From the IMG/VR virus record IMGVR_UViG_3300025816_000008, positions 25,976 through 89,975 of that record: DNA of 64,000 nucleotides. One strand, written 5' to 3'. Positions 1 to 9,708 of this stretch are shown piece by piece; position 1 is the stretch's first letter, and every line of letters begins with the position of its first letter. The stretch comes from a virus. Below the pieces are notes generated by a model. The model was not told the DNA's origin. It saw only the letters and a program-made list of their open reading frames with translations, and ran no database searches. A program made the position numbers and the translations under genes.

Positions 1-2
1 TT

Positions 3-3000
3 GATAGTTTTGTTGTAAGACCAACTGGTGGACTTATTCCAATTCTAGAAAATCATTTAGATTCTGCATATGTTCAAGAAAGAGTTTCTATTGATAACTT
101 CTGGGCATTAAAAGGTGGCAATCAGCTTATTAATCACCAAAGCCCTAGAACAAATCCAATCGTAATTAATAAAAATAATATAGATGCTGATGCTGGTTAT
201 GAAGATATCGACGCGGCTGGTAATGCAAGATGGAAATTCCAGCTTGATATGGATGGTATAGCTAGAATAGATATTCCAGCTGCTTATGCTTCTAGACCAA
301 TTGAAGACGTGGCTTCACGTCAAGCTGCAGTTGATCATAAATCTCCTATTATTACTACATCTAATAATGATAATCCGGTTGCTTGGCCAACTGAAGAATA
401 TCTTGCAACGATTGTTACTAATGATTATGTAAAAAAGAGAATGAATATTGACTCGGCAGTTATTTCTTCTGTTATTGATTCTGGTTATATGAAAACTATT
501 ATTAGTCCTAACTATATTCTTCATCATGCTAATGATAGTTCACATTGGAGAAGATCCGCTGATGGTCATACTCTTTATTTTGGTGGCCTTGGATTTAATG
601 CTGATACTCAAGTCGCAATTGGTGCAGATAGCGCTCCTATTGATCGTCCAGGATCTAGATTATATGTTAGAGGTGATGTAAGAGTTGATTCTGGATTTAG
701 TGCTGGTGGACATAGTATTATTGAAGGATCTAAGGTAACAGTAGATTCAGAATACATATTTAATTTTACTGTAAATGCAGCTGATAGCTATTTCATCACA
801 CATCCTAATTCAATAATTTATGATCAAACAGGAATTACTAATGCATTTGTAAACAATACTGATGTTGGTATGGCATATGGTGAATCCGCAGCTGTGTTTT
901 CTATCAGTGGAACGCCAACTCTAGACTCAGATTTTATGAGTGTGATGTTAGTTACTCCTAAAGACGTCAATAACCCATTAACTAGTGGGTTCGATTCTAC
1001 ACCTTTAACAAAAGGAACGTATAACGCTGTTGGAAATGGAATAGCTACCGGCGATTGGGTTTGGCAGAATGGCACTCAAATTCAAATACGTGAGCAATCT
1101 GTTCCTGGATATGACAGTATAGGTCAAGGGGCTCCGTTGACACATACTCATTCTATTGACATTATTAATAGAGGTTTACATACTACAAACTTAACTACAA
1201 GTGGTAATACACTCAGCGTATTAAGACTTCAAGATACTGATAATTCAACTCCACGCAATGTTCTTGAATATATTAAAAATGGTTTAACACAAATATTTAT
1301 TAATAGCGGATCGGGATTTATTGAACTTGACTCTGGTGGAGAGAAATGGGAAGAAGTAACTAACTCTCTCATACACATTTATGATTCAGAAGCTAATACA
1401 AGATTGGCAGTCGGCGATCAGATTAAAGTTAAAACAAGAAGCAGAAAGAATGATGCATCTCTTACAGTTAAAGGTCCTCTTTCTGTTATTGCTGATAGAA
1501 ATCTTCGCAATCCACCAATTTTATTAAGTGGTAATTTAAATATTGCTAGCGAAGGTGATAGTGGATCAGCAAAAGCTACTACACGGTTTACATTTGAAGA
1601 TAGCGCTATATTTAAAATTGGATTTACATTAGACAGCGGTATTGGTAAAATCCAAAATGGCGGATTGTTATTTAGTTACAAAGAGCGCAGGGCCGATGAA
1701 GCTTGGCGAACATTATATGGTGGAGCTGTTTGGGATTCTATTGGACAAACCATGACATCTGGCGAATCTGCTGAATTCTATTTTGGTCCATATTATCCTG
1801 CATCTTATGATTCAGCAAAAGGTTTTAATTTGGTTAATCCTTATGTTGGAAGATCTTTTGATTCTAATATTATAAGAATTGTCAATGATGATTATATTGG
1901 ATCAAGAATTACTGATCCTTGGAATAGAATAGGCACATCTCCATATCAACAAATATACTATGATGAAGAAGGCGGCGTGATTATCGGTAAAAAAGATATG
2001 ATCGATCCATTTGATCAAACTAGATTTGCCGTAGATTCTGGTAATGTATTATTCTTAAGCTCAATCCTAATTGATAGCTCTGAGCATCCAAAAGCAGGCG
2101 TAGTTCCAAGAACAGGCACTGGCGAACAGCTTGATTCTGGTGCAAGATTAATGTGGATTCCTGGATATGGATCCTTTAGAGCTGGTTATGCCGATGGTAC
2201 AAATGTAACTTGGGATAGTGGAGAAGTTGGTATATTCTCACAAGGTATTGGTGCAAATGTTTTAGCTACTGATCATTCAACAGCTATCGGCTATAATGTA
2301 TCTGCTGGTAACGTTGATTATGCTGCTAATGGCCGTACAAAACAACCATTACACACTACTAGAGTTGTTTCAATAGGACATACAATTACCAATCCTGGAC
2401 AATTTAGTGTTGCGGTAGGTAAAGATATTACAAATAGCAATAAGCAAAATTCGCTATCTCTTGGTATTGGTATCACTAACGTAGGAGCAAAGGGTACATC
2501 TAAAACAGATGAAGGTGGAGTTGCAATTGGTAAAACACTTGAAACTGGCCGTGGAGTTGTAATTGGTAGAGATATTACTGGCGATGATGGCAATGTTGCT
2601 TCTTATGTAAATAATACTGCTATTGGATCTTTACTTGTTAATACAAATAAAAATGCTGTATCAATTGGATATAATTTAACAGGCGGAGAAGCAGGATTAA
2701 ATATTGGTAGAGATAATTATCCTACCAGCTCAAGCGCAGCACCCGGTAAAAACTCTATTTTAATAGGTCAAAATAATACTACTGGTGCTGGTGGTATGGC
2801 AATAGGTCATAGTTCGGCTGCAGGAAAAACCGCAGTAGCAGTAGGTTCAAGTGTGGTAGCAAGTGGTTCCACATCTACCGCGATTGGTATTGGAAGTAAA
2901 TCGTCTGGTAATAACTCAGTTGCAATTGGTATTAATACTCAAGCAACTGGAAGAAGTTCTATATCTTACGGTGTATCTAATAAAGCAAATGGCAACACCT

Positions 3001-6000
3001 CCACTGTCTTTGGTAAAGATAATGTTGGATCTGGTAATGGATCAGTTACATTTGGAGTTAGTAATACTACTGGTAAAAATTCTCAGATCTTTGGTAGCAA
3101 TAATACTAGTATCTCTGAAACAAAGGTGTTTGGTTCTGCTAATTTATCTACATTTAAAAATGCTAAAATTTATGGTGATGCAAATGAGACTGTAAACAAC
3201 GCGGCTAAAGTTTATGGCAATGAAAATAAAAATATTGTATATAATTCAGAAGTATATGGCTCTTCTAATGAGAATTGGTATGGAACAAGGGTATATGGTT
3301 CAGACAACGTAAATCTTACTGGTAGAAACAGTTCCGCAAATGGGGGACAAGGTAACTATATATTTGGTGGTCAAAATATACAAACCAAAGGCGGGAATAT
3401 TTACGGTACTCGTAATAACATTACTGGATTTGGTGATGCTTACGGTAAAGACAATATAATTACTGATTTTGGTTGGGCTTATGGCGATCTAAATACTATT
3501 GTTAATGGAGGTCACGCTTATGGTTACGAGAATACAGTCGACGGTGGCACATCTAATCTTGCTTATGCATTTGGTAGTAAAAATAATGTAGGCGAAAATG
3601 GGTTTGGATTTGGTAAAGAAAATACTGTCAGTAATGGTGGTATGGCTTTAGGTTCATATGCTCAAGCTTCGGGTAACGGTGCAATATCGATAGGTTCCGG
3701 TGTATCTGTAACTGGAACAAATTCTGTTGCAATTGGTTCATATACAAGTAGTTCTGTACAAGCAACTGTTGCAGATAATAATGTCATAGCTCTGATGGGT
3801 GGAACAGTAGGGATTAATAAAGTAAGTCCTAATACGACTTATATGGTAGATATTGACGGAAGCATAAATTGGTCGGGTGATGCATATCATCAAGGTCAAA
3901 CTCTTTATCATTACATTAGAAACAATGTTGCTAATCAATCTTGGATAAGATTTAATGCTGATGCTGCGTGGGTACAATCACATATTGATCCTACACACTA
4001 TCGGGCAACCATGCCAACATCAATGTATTTTTACAATGATGCAACCACTAATTATCTTTATACAACTGCTCCAAGAGTCGGGATTAAAACTACATCACCT
4101 AGTTACGATTTGGATGTTAATGGTAGTGTTAACGTACAATCGCTGTATTGGCAAGGTGATAAGATTCTTGATTCACATCAAGGAAATCAAGTTTATCTCA
4201 CTCATCAAACTGCACAATTTTATATTGGTCCAGATTCTGCTACAGATTATTTTGATTCTGACTACGTATATGAAAGACAACAAAATCATGGATTTTCAAA
4301 AGGTCAAACCTATCAACAGGCGATTGATCAAAACTATATTATGTCAAATCTTGATGATACCGCATTTTTAAATTCGGATGAAGGAATTGGTTTAGTCAAT
4401 CAAATATTAACCACTAACAATTATATGAGGCGTGAACTTAGTGGTGTATTTAATGGTAATCTTCCTGGCTTTAAAATGGGTATAGGCGCAATTGCTGATC
4501 CTAATTATCATTTACTAGTTTCCGGCAATGCAAAAATTCAGCCTGGTAATGGTAAAGCAGGAAATTTAGAAATTGGGAATATCGGAGATAACTCTCAAAT
4601 AATATTAAATGGTGTGGCTCTAAATACATCAAATGTTTTATCACAAGAAATTGGTGGCTATATAATTGACCCACTCGCTACAACGACTCGGTTACCAATA
4701 CTTTATGATCTAACTTCTTCACCTGGCAATTATGCAATTGACATAGGCACAGATTATTCGGGTCCAGGTCCTGCAAAATCCGGTATTAATATCGCTCAAG
4801 ATATGAAATATTACATTAATGGTGTTGATATTGTTGACGGCATTATGGATTCAGCCTTTATTAACAGAAGAGTGCAATTGCCAGATTTAACTGCTGATGG
4901 TAAACTCGACTCAGATCATTTTAAATTTATTATTAATTCTGAATATATTAAATCAATTGCTGATAGCGATTATGTTAAAACAGTAGCTGATAGTGATTAT
5001 ATTAGATCAATAGCTGATAGCGATTATATTAAAACGGTAGCTGACAGTGATTACATTAAATTTATTGCTAATGATGTTTATATTAAATCAATAGCTGATA
5101 GTGATTACATTAAATCAGTAGCAGATTCAGATTATGTAAAATCAATAGCTGACAGCGATTACATTAAATCAGTAGCAGATTCAGATTATGTAAAATCAAT
5201 AGCTGATAGTGACTATATTAAAGGAATCATTGATAGCGATTATGTTAAAGCAATTGCAGATTCAGATTATGTAAAATCAATTGTAGATTCAGATTATGTA
5301 AAATCAATTGTAGATAGCGATTATATTAAGTTTGTAGCTGATAGTGATTATATTAAATCAATAGCTGATAGCGCTCATGTTAATCTAATAACTGGAATAG
5401 GCAGTAGACCAGTTGATTTTGGTAGCCATAATATTACATTTAAATCGAGTGCATCCAATACTGGTGCATTACCTAATGCCGCTACGCATACTGGTATGGT
5501 TGCAGTTACTACAGGTGATAATACTGCAAGAATAGCAAAAGGTGGAAATTGGCAAGGAATTCCATTAGAAAATACTGACGTAACATTTAACACTATTCTT
5601 CCGGCCGGAGATAAATTATTTGATCTCGGTAGTTCAACTGCTGCATGGAGAGATTTATATTTAAGTGGTTCAACTATCCATCTTGGTGGAATAAGAATTA
5701 AAGAAAGTAATGGTGTATTTACTACTACTGATTCTTTAGGTGTGGCTCTTCCAATTGATCTAAGTGGAGCAACTACAAAGAATCTTACTGAAGATTCAAA
5801 TCTATATTATACAGATTTACGAGTTGATAGCAATATTACCGGTAAAGATCTGGATATGGGCACGAATAAAATCCTATATTCTAATGTTTATTCAGCGCTA
5901 AGTGATCTTCCAAGTGCTTCATCTTATCACGGTATGTTTGCTCATGTACATGCAACTGGTAAAGCATATTTTGCTCATGCTGGTTCTTGGGTAGATCTTG

Positions 6001-8012
6001 CTTCTGGCGCTGATATTACAACCGCTATTAATAATTTAATTGATGGCGCTCCAGCTGCAATGGATACTTTAAATGAGTTTGCAACTGCACTTGGAAATGA
6101 TGCTAATTTCTCAACTACCATTACAGCTCTTATTGGAGAAAAATATGATTCTGTCGGCGTAAGAACATTAGTCGATTCAGCATATGTTCAAGCAAGAGTT
6201 GTTCCACAGGGAATTGATAGTTCAGCCGTAAGCGGGATGGTTGATTCAGCATATGTTCAAGCAAGGCAAACATTATCATCATTTGATTCTGCTGAAGTTC
6301 TTCAGTTAATTGATAGTGATTATATCCTTGCAAGATCTTCAGCTGGAGTAACAACGCTCGGCGCTCTTACAGATGTTAATGCCCCATCTCCAACAGATGG
6401 TCAGGCATTAGTATATAATACCGCATCAAGTAAATGGATTCCAGGTGCTGCTTCAGGCGGTGGTGGTTCTGCCGATAGTGCGACAATACTAGCTTTAATT
6501 GATAGTGATTATATTATCGCGCGGACAGGGCAATCTGAGTATTCTAACTTTAGATTTACTGCAACTGCCAATCAAACATCATTTACTGGAAATGATGTTG
6601 CTGGTAATACACTTGCTATAAATTCTACGGGAGTGCAAGCATATCTAAATGGTTTCCACTTATTAAAAGGTATTGATTATACTGTATCTGGAACAACTAC
6701 GCTAGTTCTTACTACAGGAGCCGCCATAGGAGATGACTTAGTTATTACTAATCTTAGTGCTATAATTGGCACAGGAGGTCTCAGTAGTAGTGATGTTGTT
6801 AATATAGTCGATTCAGCAGTTACTGCTCTAGTAGATGCTGCTCCTGCTACATTAAATACTTTAAATGAATTAGCTGCCGCTCTTGGCGATGATGCGAATT
6901 ATGCTGCTACTACAGCAACAGCTCTTGGAACAAAATTAGATAATACATCTTCAATTACTTCATTAGCTGATGTTCATACAACTGCGCCAACTGAAGGTCA
7001 GATATTAATTTGGGATAATGGAAATAGTTATTGGGCTCCAGGTGTGTTACCGGCAGGAACAGACTCAGCTGCAGTAACTGGAATGATTGATAGTGCATAC
7101 GTTGCAGCTCGAGCATCTGCTAATACATTTACCAATGCTGTTAACTTTGCTAATTATTATTATGTAGCAGATTCTGGTCAAACAGTATTCTCTGGAAATG
7201 ATGCTAATGGATTACCTCTAGCAATTGATACTGCTAATTATCAAGTATTTAATAATGGTATTCGATTAGTATCTGGTGTAGATTATACAGTTAATGCTGC
7301 AGCAAATTCAGTAACATTAAATGGATTTACTGCTGACTCAGGTGATGATCTTGTAATTAATACTTTATCACAAACTGTTACACAATCGCATATAGTTGTT
7401 GGCGATACATTTATGAACACCTTTAAGTTTATCGCTACAAACGGTCAAACAGCGTTTACTGGTGCTGATGCTAATTCTAAAACATTAGGAATTGATTCAA
7501 GTAACTTTAATGTATTCCAAAATGGTATTAAACTTATGGATTCAGATGACTTTACATCTAATCCAATAACAAATACTATAACACTTACTTCTGCTGCTGA
7601 TTCATCTGATGAAATTGTAATCACTACAATTGAAAATAAAGCAGGTAATGTTACTGTTAATGAACAAGCATTACAGGGATTAGTTGATAGTGCATATATT
7701 GCAGCAAGAGTTAATCTTCCTGCAGCATGGGCAGAGATTACTACAACACCGATTACTGCGGTCGCTGGGCAAAGATTAATTATTGATACAAGCACTACTA
7801 AAACAGTTAATCTTCCAGTAGCCGCATCGCTTGGAGATGAAATTAGAATTATTGATGGAACTGGTCAGGCTGCTACAAACGCTATCACAATTGGAAGAAA
7901 TGGTCATAAAATTGAAGGCGGTGATTCTGATTTAACAATTGATGTTAATAGAGCAGCATTTGGATTGGTATATTATAACGTAGCTAATGGTTGGTTATTC
8001 ACAGAGAAATAA
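3..8012 (+). CDS. Giant tail-fibre/adhesin-like virion protein (>2660 aa, 5' end outside window)
   Basis: The frame is open from nt 3 (DSFVVRPTGG...), upstream of the listed ATG at 249. It contains YadA/Hep-Hag-like xxAIG/xxSVAIG repeats, 9-aa ADSDY(V/I)KS(I/V) repeats, two 'GAPxxLxTLNExAxALGxDAN' fibre motifs, three 'ATxxQTxFTGxD...DYT' repeats and a gp34-like C-terminal domain ending LVYYNVANGW. Confidence 0.85.
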   Translation, partial: DSFVVRPTGGLIPILENHLDSAYVQERVSIDNFWALKGGNQLINHQSPRTNPIVINKNNIDADAGYEDIDAAGNARWKFQLDMDGIARIDIPAAYASRPIEDVASRQAAVDHKSPIITTSNNDNPVAWPTEEYLATIVTNDYVKKRMNIDSAVISSVIDSGYMKTIISPNYILHHANDSSHWRRSADGHTLYFGGLGFNADTQVAIGADSAPIDRPGSRLYVRGDVRVDSGFSAGGHSIIEGSKVTVDSEYIFNFTVNAADSYFITHPNSIIYDQTGITNAFVNNTDVGMAYGESAAVFSISGTPTLDSDFMSVMLVTPKDVNNPLTSGFDSTPLTKGTYNAVGNGIATGDWVWQNGTQIQIREQSVPGYDSIGQGAPLTHTHSIDIINRGLHTTNLTTSGNTLSVLRLQDTDNSTPRNVLEYIKNGLTQIFINSGSGFIELDSGGEKWEEVTNSLIHIYDSEANTRLAVGDQIKVKTRSRKNDASLTVKGPLSVIADRNLRNPPILLSGNLNIASEGDSGSAKATTRFTFEDSAIFKIGFTLDSGIGKIQNGGLLFSYKERRADEAWRTLYGGAVWDSIGQTMTSGESAEFYFGPYYPASYDSAKGFNLVNPYVGRSFDSNIIRIVNDDYIGSRITDPWNRIGTSPYQQIYYDEEGGVIIGKKDMIDPFDQTRFAVDSGNVLFLSSILIDSSEHPKAGVVPRTGTGEQLDSGARLMWIPGYGSFRAGYADGTNVTWDSGEVGIFSQGIGANVLATDHSTAIGYNVSAGNVDYAANGRTKQPLHTTRVVSIGHTITNPGQFSVAVGKDITNSNKQNSLSLGIGITNVGAKGTSKTDEGGVAIGKTLETGRGVVIGRDITGDDGNVASYVNNTAIGSLLVNTNKNAVSIGYNLTGGEAGLNIGRDNYPTSSSAAPGKNSILIGQNNTTGAGGMAIGHSSAAGKTAVAVGSSVVASGSTSTAIGIGSKSSGNNSVAIGINTQATGRSSISYGVSNKANGNTSTVFGKDNVGSGNGSVTFGVSNTTGKNSQIFGSNNTSISETKVFGSANLSTFKNAKIYGDANETVNNAAKVYGNENKNIVYNSEVYGSSNENWYGTRVYGSDNVNLTGRNSSANGGQGNYIFGGQNIQTKGGNIYGTRNNITGFGDAYGKDNIITDFGWAYGDLNTIVNGGHAYGYENTVDGGTSNLAYAFGSKNNVGENGFGFGKENTVSNGGMALGSYAQASGNGAISIGSGVSVTGTNSVAIGSYTSSSVQATVADNNVIALMGGTVGINKVSPNTTYMVDIDGSINWSGDAYHQGQTLYHYIRNNVANQSWIRFNADAAWVQSHIDPTHYRATMPTSMYFYNDATTNYLYTTAPRVGIKTTSPSYDLDVNGSVNVQSLYWQGDKILDSHQGNQVYLTHQTAQFYIGPDSATDYFDSDYVYERQQNHGFSKGQTYQQAIDQNYIMSNLDDTAFLNSDEGIGLVNQILTTNNYMRRELSGVFNGNLPGFKMGIGAIADPNYHLLVSGNAKIQPGNGKAGNLEIGNIGDNSQIILNGVALNTSNVLSQEIGGYIIDPLATTTRLPILYDLTSSPGNYAIDIGTDYSGPGPAKSGINIAQDMKYYINGVDIVDGIMDSAFINRRVQLPDLTADGKLDSDHFKFIINSEYIKSIADSDYVKTVADSDYIRSIADSDYIKTVADSDYIKFIANDVYIKSIADSDYIKSVADSDYVKSIADSDYIKSVADSDYVKSIADSDYIKGIIDSDYVKAIADSDYVKSIVDSDYVKSIVDSDYIKFVADSDYIKSIADSAHVNLITGIGSRPVDFGSHNITFKSSASNTGALPNAATHTGMVAVTTGDNTARIAKGGNWQGIPLENTDVTFNTILPAGDKLFDLGSSTAAWRDLYLSGSTIHLGGIRIKESNGVFTTTDSLGVALPIDLSGATTKNLTEDSNLYYTDLRVDSNITGKDLDMGTNKILYSNVYSALSDLPSASSYHGMFAHVHATGKAYFAHAGSWVDLASGADITTAINNLIDGAPAAMDTLNEFATALGNDANFSTTITALIGEKYDSVGVRTLVDSAYVQARVVPQGIDSSAVSGMVDSAYVQARQTLSSFDSAEVLQLIDSDYILARSSAGVTTLGALTDVNAPSPTDGQALVYNTASSKWIPGAASGGGGSADSATILALIDSDYIIARTGQSEYSNFRFTATANQTSFTGNDVAGNTLAINSTGVQAYLNGFHLLKGIDYTVSGTTTLVLTTGAAIGDDLVITNLSAIIGTGGLSSSDVVNIVDSAVTALVDAAPATLNTLNELAAALGDDANYAATTATALGTKLDNTSSITSLADVHTTAPTEGQILIWDNGNSYWAPGVLPAGTDSAAVTGMIDSAYVAARASANTFTNAVNFANYYYVADSGQTVFSGNDANGLPLAIDTANYQVFNNGIRLVSGVDYTVNAAANSVTLNGFTADSGDDLVINTLSQTVTQSHIVVGDTFMNTFKFIATNGQTAFTGADANSKTLGIDSSNFNVFQNGIKLMDSDDFTSNPITNTITLTSAADSSDEIVITTIENKAGNVTVNEQALQGLVDSAYIAARVNLPAAWAEITTTPITAVAGQRLIIDTSTTKTVNLPVAASLGDEIRIIDGTGQAATNAITIGRNGHKIEGGDSDLTIDVNRAAFGLVYYNVANGWLFTEK
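2280..3790 (+). repeat. YadA head-like (Hep/Hag) Gly-periodic beta-roll repeats within the fibre gene
   Basis: Long run of ~12-14 aa units such as STAIG, SVAIG, AKVYG and GFGFG-xxNxx. Confidence 0.75.
4905..5390 (+). repeat. 18 x 27-bp coding tandem repeat (9 aa, consensus ADSDY[IV]KS[IV])
   Basis: Seen directly in the translation. It includes an exact 50-bp duplication at 5103-5152 and 5157-5206. Confidence 0.95.
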
Positions 8013-8024
8013 AGGACGAAAGTA

Positions 8025-9641
8025 ATGGTATCGAAAGCAGCTCTTGTTTCAAAGGCATTTGGTAAAACTGGCGCATTAGCATCAATAGCTGATGAGTCAT
8101 TAACTGCAGAAAATAGAAAAATAACAGCTGATTCTATGGCAGAAGGTGCTACTGGGATGAGAACTGTCACTGCATTTAGTGAATTATCATCATTAACAGG
8201 AATGAAAGCTGGTGATAATGTTCTTGTAACTAATACTGATAAATTATATATTTTTGATGGTGTTGGTTGGTATTTAATTGCTACTATTACAAATGCATCT
8301 CCATCCGCAATTTCAGGAGTTGACGCAACATATGATTTAGCATCTGATGGTACAGCAACTACTATTACTGCAGTTTCTACTGATCCAGAAGGATTCCCGC
8401 TTACATGGTCCTATGCAGTTACAACAGGATCGCTCGGTTCTACAGCAACAGTATCTCAAGCTGATAACGTATTTACTATTACACCTTCAACAACTGAAGC
8501 TCATGCTGGAACTTTTAGTTTAACATTTAGTGTGACTGATGGAGTTAATGGATCGGTAAGTGCAGTAAGTGGATTTACATTAGCATTTGCAAGTTGGGCA
8601 ACACCAACTACTGCTTTAGAAACGACGGCTGGTGCCCATAATGGCACCACTTTTTCTCTCAGTACTGATGGTAATAAATTTTGTATTGGAGGCCAAAGCG
8701 GAACTTCCTACCCTGCTACAAAATTTTTCATATATGAACGTGCAAATTCTGGGACAAATCACTCATTAGCGCACACCGTTTCATCTACTCATTATGGAGC
8801 CCGGCAAGCAGATATGAGTGCAAATGGATTATATGCTGCTGCTATGCATGAGGATAATCAATATCTTGAAATATGGTATTACAATGGTTCGTCATGGACT
8901 CAACAATTTAATGCAGACATTTCATCATATACTAATTACGCACAGAGAGCAGCTATTTCTGGTGATGGTTCAACAGTTATGGTAGTAGATCACCAAAGTA
9001 GTACTTTTGGAAACAGAGCAGGAGCAATTATAGTTTATAAAAGAACTGGTACTAATTGGGCATATGAGGCAAAATTTGGACCTCATAGTTTTGTTGATAA
9101 TGCACAAATGGGCGGTGATAATTCCTTTTCCTATTTTAACTCTGGAATAAGTTTTGACGGTAATGTAATTCATAGTGCATATATGTATCAGGCTCGTGCA
9201 GGAGAACACACTATTGCAACTCGCAGTGGATCAACTTGGACGACCAGAGCCGCCATTTATAATTCTGGGACAGGATTAAACGGTGCTATTTCTGGTGATG
9301 GTAACACATTTGCGTATGGCAATAAAATTTATGTAACAACAGACAATTGGGTTACCAACTCTTTACAAGCAACTCTTACTCTTAACCAAACAACAGAAAT
9401 TCGTCCAGATTTAAGTAATGATGGAAATGTCGCTGCATTTGGCCAACAGGGTGGTGGCGCATCATCAAATGGTATAGTAGAATTTTTTAGGCGATCCGGA
9501 TCAACTTGGACTAAAGAAGGCACTTATACGGGTCCAGCAAACACACAAATGGGGAGAGATGTGCGATTAAGTGGAGATGGATTGACTGCTTGTGTTTATG
9601 GAATTGGATCAGGAGATCTTATGAAAGTGTTAGTTCAATAG
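8025..9641 (+). CDS. Virion structural protein: Ig/cadherin-like domain plus FG-GAP-like beta-propeller
   Basis: DPEGFPLTWSY...LTFSVTDG Ig-like motif; repeated (I/L)SGDGxT and RSGSTWT blades. Confidence 0.65.
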   Translation: MVSKAALVSKAFGKTGALASIADESLTAENRKITADSMAEGATGMRTVTAFSELSSLTGMKAGDNVLVTNTDKLYIFDGVGWYLIATITNASPSAISGVDATYDLASDGTATTITAVSTDPEGFPLTWSYAVTTGSLGSTATVSQADNVFTITPSTTEAHAGTFSLTFSVTDGVNGSVSAVSGFTLAFASWATPTTALETTAGAHNGTTFSLSTDGNKFCIGGQSGTSYPATKFFIYERANSGTNHSLAHTVSSTHYGARQADMSANGLYAAAMHEDNQYLEIWYYNGSSWTQQFNADISSYTNYAQRAAISGDGSTVMVVDHQSSTFGNRAGAIIVYKRTGTNWAYEAKFGPHSFVDNAQMGGDNSFSYFNSGISFDGNVIHSAYMYQARAGEHTIATRSGSTWTTRAAIYNSGTGLNGAISGDGNTFAYGNKIYVTTDNWVTNSLQATLTLNQTTEIRPDLSNDGNVAAFGQQGGGASSNGIVEFFRRSGSTWTKEGTYTGPANTQMGRDVRLSGDGLTACVYGIGSGDLMKVLVQ

Positions 9642-9672
9642 CTAAACCTTAATATATTATCCATTCTAAGTA

Positions 9673-9680
9673 TATAAATA
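9673..9680 (+). promoter_or_regulatory. T4-type late promoter TATAAATA
   Basis: Exact gp55 consensus in the intergenic gap before the 9709 gene. Confidence 0.8.
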
Positions 9681-9708
9681 GTAGAAAATACTATTAAGGA
9701 ATGTATGA

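Noticed and set aside
4905-5390. Possible CRISPR-like array
   Set aside because: The repeats are contiguous, in-frame 27-bp coding units with synonymous variation and no unique spacers.
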